Shown in pieces: positions 14,266 through 27,191 of a stretch of 64,000 nucleotides of DNA. This DNA comes from Octopus vulgaris (lineage: Eukaryota), in NCBI GenBank assembly GCA_951406725.2, contig OX597824.1:37820001-37884000 (forward strand), written 5' to 3'. Each line of letters opens with the position of its first letter. The stretch's first letter is position 1. The notes under the pieces are model-generated. The model searched no databases, was not told where the DNA came from, and was given only the letters and a program-made list of their open reading frames with translations. A program made the translations under genes and the position numbers.

Positions 14266-14809
14266 ATCTTCGTATCATACATCAACGCCATAATTGGAAC
14301 ATACCATCTGCCCTGTTCAATTGTGTAAAATTAATCCACTACAGTCACTTGATATATTCGAATGACTCGTAGGCGCATCACTGAAGGATCTGTGTGAAAG
14401 TAGGACAGTCAACTCAACGCCCGATATTGAGGTTTCTCATACTCTAAAGAGGATTTGAATTCATGACTCTTAATCGCATCTTTATTTTGGGCACAAAACT
14501 GCTAATTTTTGGTGGGAGGAAGATAGTCAATTACACTGACCCCAGTAGCTCACTATATTGTATTTTAGTGACCTTTGAAGGCAAAATTAATCCTGGTTAA
14601 AACTGAACTCAGAGTGTAAAGAGTCAAAAGAAATACTACATGGTATGTTTTCGATTCCCTTTCAATTATTTTTACTGGCTTACAGAATAGAATTCTTTAT
14701 TATTATAACATTTTTAATTCCAACTCAGTCGGTTTGGATCGCTAATAATTGTCCTACTAAAATCATACACGAGATACTCAAGTGACACAGCTCCGTCTCC
14801 ATATTAGTT

Positions 14810-14998
14810 TCAAATTTTGACACAAGGTTCGGGAGATGAGATAAGTCGATTATTTCGACCCCAGTGCTCAATTGGTACTTATTTTATCGACCACGAAAGG
14901 ATGAAAGCAAAGTCGACCGCGGCAGAATTTGAACGAAGAATGTAAAGTCGGACGAAATGCCGCTCGGCTTGCTAAAGATTCTGCCTGCTCGCTGCCTT
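14810..14998 (-). mobile_element. SINE family B copy
   Basis: ATCGACCACGAAAGGATGAAAGCAAAGTCGACC core. Confidence 0.85.
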
Positions 14999-15161
14999 CG
15001 CTCTGTCTCTATATTAAAATTTATAAATGTAGTGACGGCAATGGCGGCAGTGGTGGTGGAGGTGGAGGCGGCGGCGACGGCGACACCGGCAACGGCGGTG
15101 ACTGCGACGGCGGCGGTAGTGGATGCATTCTACAGAATAGCGACCAGGAGGAGGAGGTGGG

Positions 15162-15261
15162 GAAGAAGAAGAAGAAGAAGAAGAAGAAGAAGAAGAAGAA
15201 GAAAAAGAAGAAGAAGAAGAAGAAGAAGAAGAAGAAGAAGAAGAAGAAGAAGAAGAAGAAG
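15162..15261. repeat. (GAA)n microsatellite, preceded by a GGC/GGT-rich low-complexity tract
   Basis: Direct observation; accounts for the poly-K and poly-R ORFs. Confidence 0.97.
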
Positions 15262-15912
15262 ATTTACGAAGTGAAGGGCGTATTCCTAAGATTTACTCAA
15301 CTACGTATATTAAAATATCAACAAAACACGTGAAAAGAAAAATGATTTCCTCGCGAAATAGAAAAGAATTCTTCGTCATGATAAGCCTCAACAATCAGGT
15401 AGGGTAAAAGAAAATAGAAATCAATGCAACACCAATAGGAGAAGTAATTAAAGAATTCTGAGGAATATTGACCGCAAAGGAATTGCTAGGGACAAGGCTG
15501 TTCAGAACAATAAACACATCACTAATCAATCCCGAGATGCCACACCAACTGAAGAAGAAGCCCAGACGCTACACTATAAGAATAACTGGCAGACTGGCAG
15601 ACACTAGGAAAGGTTATAATCCAAAATTTCTGATGGAAATATTTAATAGTATACTAAAAGAATCAGGAACAACATCTGGTCTGGGCACTAAGGAGAATAC
15701 TTCAATAATACTGTGTCACAATTTTTTTTTCTTTCTTTGGTCAGTAAGTGTTATTTCCTATTTGCTTCTATCTAGAAACTAAAGGAAATGACTTCTGTTC
15801 CCTTCAAACTTTACTTTTATCACCTGGACATCAATGTTTCCAAACTGACTTGTTTTCCATTTCAGGCAGATTCAGCACTGAGTTGCTGAAGCAGAAATAT
15901 TTCTATAGCAAA

Positions 15913-16212
15913 CTAGCAGTATCACCCGGCGTTGCTCGGGTTTGTAAGGGAAAAAACTATATAAGCATTTTTAGAGAGTTACTTCCCTTATATAATAGCA
16001 AAAAATTGCATTAAAAATGAGAAAAAATTATGGTAATTTTTTTTTTTAAATTGTAGACTTATCGTAGACGCGCGCTAATACCCAGAAGGGCTCGATATGA
16101 ATCACGACTATAAGATACCCGCTTTTGGTTACACTGCACCGCAAAATGTGGGAGTAGTTACGAATCTAAATCGTAGGAGACAGACACACAACTTCACTTT
16201 TATATATAAAGA
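15913..16212 (-). mobile_element. Non-autonomous Helitron (300 bp)
   Basis: Minus strand starts TC (A|TCTTTATATATA), ends with hairpin CCCGAGCAACGCCGGG then CTAG|T; inserted between A and T with no TSD. Confidence 0.9.
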
Positions 16213-16375
16213 TATTCTGCTCAAAATCACAGATTTGTTTGTCATTTGTTTGACATTAACCAGTTGAGGATGTCCTTTAGTAGCTGACAACATGTGTACC
16301 TCCGATCATGAGCAGGGGTAGTGGGGGAGCATCATAATGATGTGTTAAGAAGGATTCTTTGATGTTTGAATAAAT
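16213..16375 (+). mobile_element. Diverged fragment of the 29328-29868 repeat family (host of the Helitron)
   Basis: Reverse-complement similarity to about 29595-29771. Confidence 0.8.
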
Positions 16376-16829
16376 GTAAGAAAAGCAAAGTTTGAAGGAA
16401 ACATTAGTCATTTTTCATACTTTCTAGGGGTACGCAAATAGGAAATAACAGTTGCTACCCAAGGACAAAAACCGTGTTACACAGTGCAATCAAGATAGAA
16501 CAAATCCTAAACTCTACAGACACACAGCCTACTTTCATTACAGTATTATCGCTGAAGATAAATACCTGAAGTAAAACATATTTCGAGTAGAGGAGAAGCG
16601 TTTCCTCAAAGTTTCGAATGGCTGTGATGTTCAATCAATGACCAACAAATCCACGACCGAAGACATAAGAAGAAATCTGAGAATGGCATAGGATCAATAG
16701 CCAAATATTTTTGACAGAGTCCTAATATGAATCATGGAAACATTAGCAAGAAAACACAGATAATGAACAGATACTATAAACACACTATGAGTAAATGGTT
16801 ACCAGAACGGTGAATTATAAAAACTAAAC

Positions 16830-17057
16830 CTATTTCTTTACTACCCACAAGGGGCTAAACACAGAGAGGACAAACAAAGACAGACAAACGGATTAAATCG
16901 ATTATATCGACCCCAGTGCGTAACTGGCACTTATTTAATCGACCCCGAAAGGATGAAAGGCAAAGTCGACCTCGGTGGAATTTGAACTCAGAACGTAAGG
17001 GCAGACGAAATACGGCTACGCATTTCGCCCGGCGTGCTAACGTTTCTGCCAGCTCGA
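16830..17057 (-). mobile_element. SINE family B copy with Tx1-like tail
   Basis: Nearly identical to the units of the 47289-47874 array. Confidence 0.92.
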
Positions 17058-17699
17058 TGGCAAATATAATCCAAGGATTTCTTTCTCTCCACTGTTTTGC
17101 TGTTTGGATTTAACACCTTTAAACAATTTTGAGTTCAGTTGCAAATGCTATCGGAAGACAATCACTCTCTTTTGTATATGATCGATCTCACGTTTTATGT
17201 TGCAGATATCTAAACAATTAGAAACACTCCTACAGACAGTACATAGATTTACTCGAAGGACAAATAATCAGGAATCCATTCATAACTTGACAGAATACAG
17301 CGCACATAAATGTAAGCAACGTTAAGGAATGACTATTAAAAACGCACTAGGTTAAATCTAAATACATATGGCATTAATATGATGGGGCCACCAGATGAAA
17401 GCTTCCCAACCATTAGATGCGGTACTGCAGTGCAGAACCGGTCGTCATTCAGTTATTGCTATGCGCAAAGTTCTGTAGGGGAAAAGGGAATCAATAAGAT
17501 ATTAATAGAATGTTAAGTAAACTAAGCAAGCAAGAATTCTGGGGAAATATGTTGGATATTGGGAATGGTATGGGAGTATTTAAACTCAGTAAGCAGCAGG
17601 TTGCAGACCAAGCTGAGAAAGGTCCTTCCCTTCTTGAAGCAATTTTAACTCTGTCTGTGGACAGTGGTTTCATTGAGACCCCATCTAAATAATTATCTG

Positions 17700-18500
17700 A
17701 GAAATTGAAGAAATACAGAGAAAGATCAACTCAGAATTACAAGAACCAGCATTACAAATGTAGATGGATAATAGGGGGAAAATAGAGAATCCAAATATGA
17801 CGCTGTCATTTGAAAAAGATAAAACGCGAGTGACATGTTAGAAATAAAGAAATTTTATATGAATAACGTTGTTGGAAATCAACGAGCGATCCTTAAAAAT
17901 TTGAGACAGATACTTAAGCAGCTGGAGTCCCTTAATAAGTCCCTCATTTGAGGGCAGTAGATCGAACCAAAATTAAATAAAAAATATCAAAAGTGAATAA
18001 CGTAATTGACAAGATTGTCTTTGAAAACATGAAAGACACCAATTCATTGATATGAGCGGGTGTTAATGTAGTTTCAGAATTGTTGTGGGGTGGAAGAGAA
18101 AGAGTAGGAAGACCAACAGGTACATTGGCGATAAAGTCGAATAATAATGAAGATTAGCGGCCTAAGCAAAGATATGCGTGAACTGAACCAGTGGAAGCGT
18201 TGTTGGTGAATTAAAGAAGAAAGAGAAAGTAGATTGGAGGAAATGTATCTGGTGACGAAAAACAGAATTGGGACAGCGATCAAAGAACTAAGGCAGAGAG
18301 TAACGGCAAAACTGCCAAAATCAGAAAATACGATGGAAGAAACAACCAATTAAAGAAAAATCGTATTTTGCAATCAAAACTGAAATGCTTGCTTGATATA
18401 TTTGAAGGAAAATTGAAATGATAACATAAGACCGAATGCTGAAGAAAGCAAATTATTTGGCGGAAAAATTTTGGGAAACTGCCAAACGAAATAATAAATG
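17700..18500 (+). mobile_element. Old Dong/R4 LINE N-terminal remnant
   Basis: Stop-interrupted A-rich frames (ISGLSKDMRELNQW, IGTAIKELRQRVTAK) resemble the R4/Dong pre-RT region. Confidence 0.55.
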
Positions 18501-18525
18501 GTTCTGTCAATGCAACTCGCTGATG

Positions 18526-18560
<35 letters not shown>

Positions 18561-18563
<3 letters not shown>

Positions 18564-19257
18564 CATGTAATGAAAAGAAATATTACAAGTAACTGCAGAA
18601 TATGTGGAGATGGACAAGAAACAATAAATCATATTATCTCTAGCTGCCCAGTCCTGGCTAAGAAGGAATATATTCACAGACATGACAGAGTTGGAACCTA
18701 CATACATTGGAAGCTATGCCAACATTATGGAATAACAACAGAAAAAAGATGGTATAGGCACACACCAGAAAAGGTCACAGAAAACGAGAAAGCAACCATA
18801 CTCTGGGATATGCCGATGCACACATATAGAGAAATTAAGGCCAACAGACCAGATATAGTTGTCAGAGATCATGAAGAAAAAAAATGCTTTCTAATTGATG
18901 TATCAATACCGGCAGATGACAACGTGTCTCTAAAAGAAATGGAGAAACTCTCAAAATACAAAGACCTGGAAATAGAGGTAACTAGAATGTGGAATCTGAA
19001 AACAGAAATAATTCCTATCATAGTAGGTGCATTAGGCATGATAAAAAAATATTCAGACAAATACATAACAAAAACACCAGGACTTACAAACACATATAAC
19101 ATACAGAAAATTGCACTACTAAGCACTGCACACATCCTACGCAGAACACTTTCCATACAATAACCATCAGAGCATCACAACAAATCACAGCACATACCCA
19201 AGGCACACAGAGCTGCGCTCGGTAGTGAAGTGAAAGCACGCTATAAAAATAAAACTA

Positions 19258-19260
<3 letters not shown>
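18561..19260 (+). mobile_element. Young 5'-truncated Dong/R4 LINE: CCHC knuckle, restriction-like endonuclease and 3' UTR
   Basis: Open frame CRICGDGQETINHIISSC..YIHRHD..NRPDIVV..CFLIDVSIP..KE.EKLSKYKDL..PIIVGALG, stop at 19163; (AAT)n on both sides. Confidence 0.95.
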
Positions 19261-19347
<87 letters not shown>

Positions 19348-19569
19348 AAGAAGAAGAAGAAGAACAACAACAACAACAACAATAACAACAAGAACTTGAA
19401 CAAGAGCAACAACAACAATTATTATTTCAAATTTTTGTCACAAGGGCAGTTTGGGGGAGGTTGGGATGAGTCGATTACATCGGCCTCAGTATTCAACTGG
19501 TACTTATTTTATCGCCCCCGAACGGATGAAAGGCCAAGTCGACCTCGGCGGAATTTGAAATATATTCCT

Positions 19570-19830
19570 CTATTCTTTTACTAGTTTCAGTCATTTGACT
19601 GCGGCCATGATGGAGCATCGCCTTTTAGTCGAAGAAATCGACCACAAGACTTATTCTTTGTAAGCCTGGTGCTTACCTTATCGGGTTCTTTTGCCGAACC
19701 GCTAAGTTACGCGGACGTAAACACACCAACGTCAGTTGTTAAGCGATGGAGGGGGGACAAACACAAACACAAAGACAGACACACATTAACACACCCACAT
19801 ACACACACACATACACACACACACACACAC
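19570..19830 (-). mobile_element. SINE family A 3' half
   Basis: Match to about 46760-46955. Confidence 0.85.
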
Positions 19831-19844
19831 ACACAAGCACTCAG

Positions 19845-20530
19845 GAATGGTCTTTGCTCAAACTCGCAACTATAGCTCCATAAAGGAGCAGCAGTATGGA
19901 AAGACTTGCCTGACAAAAGCTATCATACCTACTCCCTGTCAACAATTCTTTGTGGATGCGGCTGACTCAATGCATACCTGCGTCTCATCAGGCAGGGAGT
20001 ATTGAACCCTTCTTTAAGTTGCTGTTGACTGTAGTTGGACCGCCTGAATAGTGGAACGCGTCCTTATCACAAGAAATGAAAGAGCAGATGCTCCAGTCTG
20101 GGCTGATCAAAATTGCAAGGCAAGACGATCGGCGATAATATATAACAGAGACGACATATGAGTTCACGACTTTTGTCCGATATTTCAAAGACAGTTTCCT
20201 CTCAGTCCATGCTGAATGAGTCTAACCATTTTATTCGTACCATCGTCCCAGATCCAATCCGACTGGTAGTTCAAACTGAACCAAACACTGAGAAAGTTAA
20301 CAACAAATCCGTCCATCCAGCACCTCACGACACAATTTGAGGGCAAAGACTTACCTCTCAAGATGCCAAGTTACAAGCTTAACTTGCCCTGGTTAATTTT
20401 TGCTTCTGTCAAAGTTCGTATTTGTTTAGAATGATGACGACCATCACGATTTCATAAGTGACCGACACTTTTATGGTTACATCGTCCATTTATATCGACA
20501 AGGCTCTTCCTCGTCCCATTTCGAACAGGA
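19845..20530 (-). mobile_element. Decayed Tx1/L1-like LINE ORF2 fragment
   Basis: Minus-strand remnants (EAKINQGK, RKLSLKYRTKVVNSYVVSVIYYR) homologous to 25400-25550 and 51064-51210. Confidence 0.75.
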
Positions 20531-21436
20531 TGATCCCCAAATAGCAACAATTATCCGAAATTGTGGCTCGAGTGTCAGTACATACAAGAGAGACGAGAGA
20601 AGATTTTTGATAAATTAGGCACGTGATCTGAAACGATTTCGACTGGTGGCCATTTACTCTAACCACTCAGTAAATTTCTACTATACATTTCGGTGATCTA
20701 GCCGCTAGATCTGATTGCTTGATGTACCTAACGTTAGTTTGTGTGTGTGTACAAATACATAACTCTACGCCTGTATACCGAGGCTTGAAGTAACGTAGAC
20801 GGTCTTGATGCAGAACGAAGGAGCCAAACAACAGGAGGTTAGAGGAGCTGAGAGAGTGGTAGAGGCATCAGATTTGATACGTGACTAGTACTTTATTTAT
20901 CGACCACGTAAAATTTACTTCGGTGGATTTTGAAGTCAACGTAAAGAGCCAGAACAAATACTGTCCTAACGATTCTACCAATTCACTGTCTGTCTTCATA
21001 AGTTATAAACTAACTGAAATAAGCAAGACGACATTTTAATTGATAGTGGTATCATATATTGAAGAACTTCTTTCACGTCTGATTTAACTGAAGGAAATTC
21101 ATTTAAAATTATTATCTGCATACTCAACTAGTTGGTAACTTAAATAGATTCGTATCGATTGGACAAATAAAGTTGAATACTAAAGAAAACAAATGATATT
21201 GATATAGAACACCAGAACGAAACATTATTTCCTATCAGGGACTGTTAATGAAAAATAACGCAACGAGACAAAACTCCGAAATATTAACAATTTTAATTGG
21301 AACTGAAGGACAGCAATCAAATGCATTTGTTACATAGCAACAAAGAACATTGCCCAGATATTTGTTTATTTATTGTTATGTCTATTTATATGTTAAATGT
21401 CTATTTGTGTTGTTTATCTGGTTATATGAACGTCTG

Positions 21437-21745
21437 GTAGAGGCGCGTTGGTTTAATGCTTAGGAAATTTGGCTCACGATCCTGAGGTCATGAGATCAAT
21501 ACCTGGCGGCGCGTTGTGCGTCTTGAGCAAGACACTTTATTTCACGTTGCTCAAGTCTATACATTTGGAAAAAATGAGTTGTACCTGTATTTCAAAGGAC
21601 CAGTCTTGTCACATTCTGACAACTAGAGAAAGTGTAGGCGTGCCTGTGGAGCGCTCATCCACTTGCACGTTAATTTTACTGGCAGGTTGTTTCGTTGATT
21701 GGATCACTTGGAACACTCGTCGTCGTAACCGACGGAGTACCAGTT
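21437..21745 (+). mobile_element. tRNA-derived SINE family C (diverged)
   Basis: tRNA-like head plus GCGTTGTG..CTTGAGCAAGACACTTTATTTCACGTTGCTC, shared with 28100-28352. Confidence 0.75.
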
Positions 21746-21753
21746 TATGAACG

Positions 21754-21784
<31 letters not shown>

Positions 21785-21858
21785 GAAGTAGTAGTAACAG
21801 AAAAAAGGAATTTCGATTATCCCCACGTAGTGAGTTGTAATGTATATAAGAAATTAAA

Positions 21859-22060
21859 AAAGGAAAATACGCACACTTACATAGTTTTAATACAATTTTT
21901 AATATATCGACCAGTTTCGCTATCGCTATTCATGATATTATGTTTTATTTATTTGAATATATCTAAATAAGTAAAACATAATATCATGAATAGCGATAGC
22001 GAAACCTGTCGATATACTAAAAATTATATTAAAACTATGTAAGTGTGCATATTTCCCTTT
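21859..22060. repeat. ~200-bp near-perfect palindrome (fold-back Penelope pLTR-like fragment) in a (TA)n context
   Basis: Arms of about 100 bp centred at 21960 with almost no loop. Confidence 0.92.
21981..22015 (+). ncRNA. Minimal hammerhead-like motif, A3-U8 core variant (mirror copy 21904-21938 on minus strand)
   Basis: ATATC-ATGAATA-GC gata GC-GAAACCTGTC^-GATAT; the mirror has GAAACTGGTC, implying consensus GAAACCGGTC. Helix II is only 2 bp. Confidence 0.55.
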
Positions 22061-22079
22061 ATATATATATATATATATA

Positions 22080-23363
22080 CGAGGGGCGTTCAATAAGTAA
22101 TGCCCCTGACCCACTTCCCATAGCAGTAGAGCAAGGAAACTTGGAACAGTTATTAGTCTTTTTCTACATAGGAACCACCCAGAGTTACGCATTTCTGCCA
22201 TCGTTTGATGCAGCGCTGGAGACCGTTTTTGTAGAAGACCCCGTCTTGGTCCTCCAACCACGACGTGACTTTAGAAATCAAGGCTGCATCATCTGTGAAA
22301 TGCTTTCCTTTCAAAACTTCATGGCTGGGAAGAGGTGAAAATCAGAGGGTGCAAGGTCAGGAGCGTAGGGGGGATGGGGAGGAGTTCATAGCAGCACGCC
22401 TGTGCTTCTGACCTGGCGACACGCGAGTTGTGAACCGGAGCGTTGTCCTGCAGGAGGAGGATGCCTTTGCTGATCTTGCCCCGCCTCTTGATTTTGATAA
22501 CTTCTCATAATTTCCTCAAAAGTGAAGCATAATAGGCTCCTGTAATTGTGGTACCCTTTGCCAGGAAATCTGTCATCACTACTCCGTCCTGGTCCCAGAA
22601 GACTGTGAGCATGACCTTGCCAGCGGAGAGCTGCACCCTTGCCTTCTTTGGAGGAGGTGAGTCACGGTGCTTCCACTGCATTGACTGGGCTTTGGTCTCT
22701 GAATCATAGTGATGGACCCAGGTTTCATCCTGTGTAATCAGTCTTTTGAAAAATTTTGACTCATCTTCTTGGCACATCTCCAAATTCACCCTCGAGCACT
22801 CGACGCGTTCTTGCTTCTGGAAAGGCGTGAGCAACCTGGGAATCCATCTGGCAGACACCTTTTGCATATGCAAATGGTCATGAATGATAGTTTCCACAGA
22901 CCCGGTACTAATCTTGACCTCATGGGCTATTTGGCGAATAGTTATGCATCGATCTTCCAAAATGGCAGCCTCAACTTGACGGACAGATGCCTCATCAATG
23001 GCAGAAGGGGGTGACCAGATCTGGGAGCTGTTTCCACAGAGTTCCGACCATGTTTGAATTCACGATGCCAGCGTTTTACAAGGTCATATGATGGGGCATC
23101 ATCACCATAAGTTACTTTCATTTCATCAAAAGTCTCCTGTGGTGTGCGTCCTTTCAAATACAAAAACCAGATCACTGCTCGACACTCAACAGGCTCCATT
23201 TTACACTTGACTCAGTTCAAACACCTGTACATCAGAAACCACAATTAGCTCAGAGCTGTAATTTGCCACTTAATCTATAGAGATATAAATAATTGCACAT
23301 GCAAAATTTCAGCTAGATCAAACAACTGTAAGTGGGTCAGAGGCATTACTTATTGAACGTCCC

Positions 23364-23366
<3 letters not shown>
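22080..23366 (-). mobile_element. Full-length mariner transposon (irritans/Hsmar2-like), frameshifted transposase
   Basis: TIRs CGAGGGGCGTTCAATAAGTAATGCC, TA TSD, 1287 bp; ORFs 22942..23199 and 22505..22960 with WIPRLL, ITQDETWVHHYD; downstream HPPYAPDLAPSDF. Confidence 0.96.
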
Positions 23367-23462
<96 letters not shown>

Positions 23463-24084
23463 CATATATATATATATATATATACATATACATACATACA
23501 TACATACATACATACATACATACATACATACATACATACATACATACATACATACATACATACATACATACATACACGTGTGTGTGTGTAAATGTATATA
23601 TGCTCTCTTTCTCCTTTTAATTTAGAATACCAACTCGGTATCGAGGTTATGAAGGAAAGCATCTTGTTTTGTTCATCATGCTTTAAATCTTAAGGTTTTA
23701 TGATCTCAGATGTATGTATGTATGTATGTATGTATGTATGTATGTATGTATGCATGTGTAACAGTATTCATGTACTTACGTACGTATGTAGGTATATCTA
23801 TGCAAGTCTATGTATGTACAGCAAGTCTATGCCGTCGAACAATATCGTGAGTCATTGCATCAAAGCTCCAATTAAGTTGTTTGGGGAACGTGGACAGTCT
23901 CACATTAAATGTTCTGAGTAGAAGCTTGTATTCAAAAATTAGGCAGGGTTGGCGAACTCATATACCTCTTCTGTTGTATAGTACCGCCAACTTATTACGT
24001 TTTACCCAAGTGTTTGGTTTGATTGAAACGCCTGAACTTTCATTTCACTTGGAAAGGACACGTTCCACTTATTAGATTGTCTAC

Positions 24085-24872
24085 CCTCTACGAAACACCA
24101 ACAGCGCGGACACGGTATGGTGTAGCTTCTGATGCGCACACATGCACTGGGACTGCGGCTTTAACAAAGATTCCTAGACAATGAGCAGGTGTGGTCACCT
24201 TTTGTCAGGTAAATCTTTCCACAGCTCGTCTTCTTGATAGAGCTGCAGTCGTGAGTAAAGCGAAGACAAAGACTGGGCACTCAGTAACTGGAGTATTGTC
24301 AGGCCCTCACAATCCTCTACCAGTCAGGCAATGCAGATGGTAGAACTTCCACGATGACATTCTGTAAAGCGCTAGTGGTGGAGAGGCACGATGACATTCT
24401 CGAGGAAACTCTAGACTTCGATAGGAATCGACTGGTTGGTATGTTCTGAAGAACTTTTCACTCAAGAATTATAGATAACTTCAGAAAACCCTGACAGATT
24501 CACCGGCTGGAGGAGGTAGGGAATTGCTGGTTCAAGACAAACTCACTAGGTACAGAAGCGTCGCCAGGCGGGCCTGGCCAAGACACACACTGAGTGACGA
24601 TGCTGTTATGGAAACACTCGTGCAGTTCCCATGTATTGCTGTTTTGTGGTTCTGACATCGCTTGTGAAGATAGCTCGGTTGCCTTCCTTTAAGCAAGAAG
24701 GACAGCTAGTTTTTCCTCTAAGCAGCTGCCCCTCTACTCTTATATGTTGCAATTGTGTTATTAATTGTTTTTTGTTACCACTTTTGCACACGTTCTACAT
24801 AAACCTACGACCTTTGCTTATATTGTATGCTTTGTACTTTTCCTTTACTCCTTGTGACTAATGAAGAAATCA
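24085..24872 (+). mobile_element. Decayed Tx1-like LINE 3' fragment and tail
   Basis: Homologous to 51300-51700 (VWSPFV, DDILEETLDFD); tail CCTTGTGACTAATGAAGAAATC. Confidence 0.7.
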
Positions 24873-24945
24873 TCATCATAATCGACGTCGGTGAGTTTGT
24901 CTTGAACCTCGTTAGTCGTTATCGTCTGCTATCGTTGTTGTTGCT

Positions 24946-25011
<66 letters not shown>

Positions 25012-25049
25012 GGTGTTGCTGTTGTTTTTAAAGCACCTGGCACAGGTGG

Positions 25050-25552
25050 GGCCCTGATCAGTTTAGATCAGTGTAAAACTTTCGATAAGATCGACCATCT
25101 GTACCTGGTGGCGGTCCTCAAGGCAGCTGGTTTCGGGCCTGTATTCAAGGGTTGGATCGCGACCATCGGTTCAGTGGTTAGAGTGAACGGTCACCTCTCA
25201 GAGCCGTTCAACATCATGCGCTCAGTCCGACAAGGTTGTCCCCTCTCGTCTCTCTTCAACGTACTGACTCTCGAGCTACTACTAAACAAACTGGAGGCGT
25301 TGGGAGGCATTCCGCGTGACTTAGGATGTGGGACATGCGTGTCAGCATATGCTGATGGTGTTACTGTAATGACATCGGGTCATAAACACATAGAAATGAT
25401 CGGCACCACTCTTCGGGACTACGTGGCGGTTTCAGGAGCGACAGATAACCAGGTAAAAATCAGTGGGCTTGCGGCTCGGCACCTGGAGAAGCAAGTCCAC
25501 GCCGTCCAACTGCGTCATTGGGCGCTGGAGGGACGGACCGGTTAAATTGCTC
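25050..25552 (+). mobile_element. Tx1/L1-like reverse transcriptase fragment
   Basis: LISLDQCKTFDKIDH..VRVNGHLSEPF..RSVRQGCPLS..SAYADGV (YADD mutated). Confidence 0.92.
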
Positions 25553-26254
25553 AACAGGAATAAGTGTCACTTCGATCGTATCTTTGTATATACACGGACT
25601 TCGCAAGAACTGGACAGCCATAATAAAGCTGTTTCATTCGATTGCATTGTTTGTAACACCCTTCATGCTTTTGTGCGCCTATATTTAATGGTACCTATTA
25701 ACAGTTTTGAAGAGTGAGCCATCGCATGTTCGGTGTAACAATATGAAACGGACTTGAAAATTTCCAGATGGTAAACTGTGTCCGGCAAAATTGGCCAAAT
25801 TTAGAAAGATCCATAGATCCATTGTGAAATATGAATTTATGAAAAACTTTTAGAGGATGGAAAATTACGAGTGTGCCGAACTGTGCTAAATTCGAGCGAA
25901 AATTAATCTAGATCAATGGACCCCAAAGTGGACAGTACTGTCCCTTTGGGGCCGGGGGAAAGATCCAGAGGAGAGGGAAAACATTGAAAAAAAGTGGGGT
26001 GATAATGGGGTGGCCAAAAGGGGGCAACTGATGTTTAAAAAATCCCAAAATAATAAATTAATTAGGCCGAGTTGTATTTGTGAAATACAGTTGTTTTGAA
26101 TTTTCTGTAGAAAGTGGTCTATGTTTGTGGTGGAGAGTAGGGAGTTGCTAGGAATATGCTCATTTCATGAGAATTCAACTGCTTGTTCTTTGAAATTTTC
26201 TTCATATTCAAACAATATTTTCTTCAAATTAAAACGAGGAACTAACATAATATT

Positions 26255-26507
26255 TTGTTTTGGGATTTGGTTTGTAAGATTCTTTATATGAGTTCGTGTG
26301 TTGAAGCATATTCTGTTGTGTCTGGGGAGAGTCATTTTCTTTTTGTGCCTTATAATGTAACATACTCACCAGTAAAATTTCCCCTTATTTCTTATTTTCT
26401 ATTTTTTTAAATTTTATTTTTATTAATAAGAAATAAGTGGAAATTTTACCGGTGAATGTGTTACATTATAAGGCACAAAAATAAAATGACTCTCCCCAGA
26501 AACAACA
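26255..26507. mobile_element. 253-bp insert with 83-bp fold-back arms, flanked by a 12-bp direct repeat
   Basis: Arms 26314-26396 and 26425-26507; TAACATAATATT at 26243-26254 and 26508-26519. Confidence 0.85.
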
Positions 26508-26982
26508 TAACATAATATTATAACCCTACATTGTCAGGACTTAAAGTCTTACTAAATAAAATGCCCTTGGAAATTTCAACTGAAGTGATATAATTATACG
26601 ATTATAGATGTGGACAATTTTTTTAGATCAAACACTGTTTCATAAGTTATTCATGAATTTAATGAAGTAGTTTATTTCCATGTGTGGCAATACTAATTTA
26701 TATCAGCACATTTATACAAACGTGAGTAATAGAGAGGTACGAGATAAAACGTTTTCGTTTGCAAGTCTGAACGATATTTTACATGGTAGCACACATGAGA
26801 TATATCTTAGCAGGATTGTATCTTACTGACCTTTTCAGTACCAATAAAACAGTCCACCAGTACGTTAGTCTGGGGAATTTGTCCGACTGAACTTTTCAAC
26901 AACGACTTAGCAAGATTATCGAAAATGTTCAATGTTCCACAACACTAACGTCGTCATCTCTTCAATCTGCTGCTGTTGCAGT

Positions 26983-26998
26983 TACCACCACCACCACC

Positions 26999-27087
<89 letters not shown>

Positions 27088-27093
27088 CACCAT

Positions 27094-27190
<97 letters not shown>
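26983..27190. repeat. Compound (CAC)n(TAC)n(AAT)n microsatellite
   Basis: Direct observation. Confidence 0.97.
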
Positions 27191-27191
<1 letters not shown>

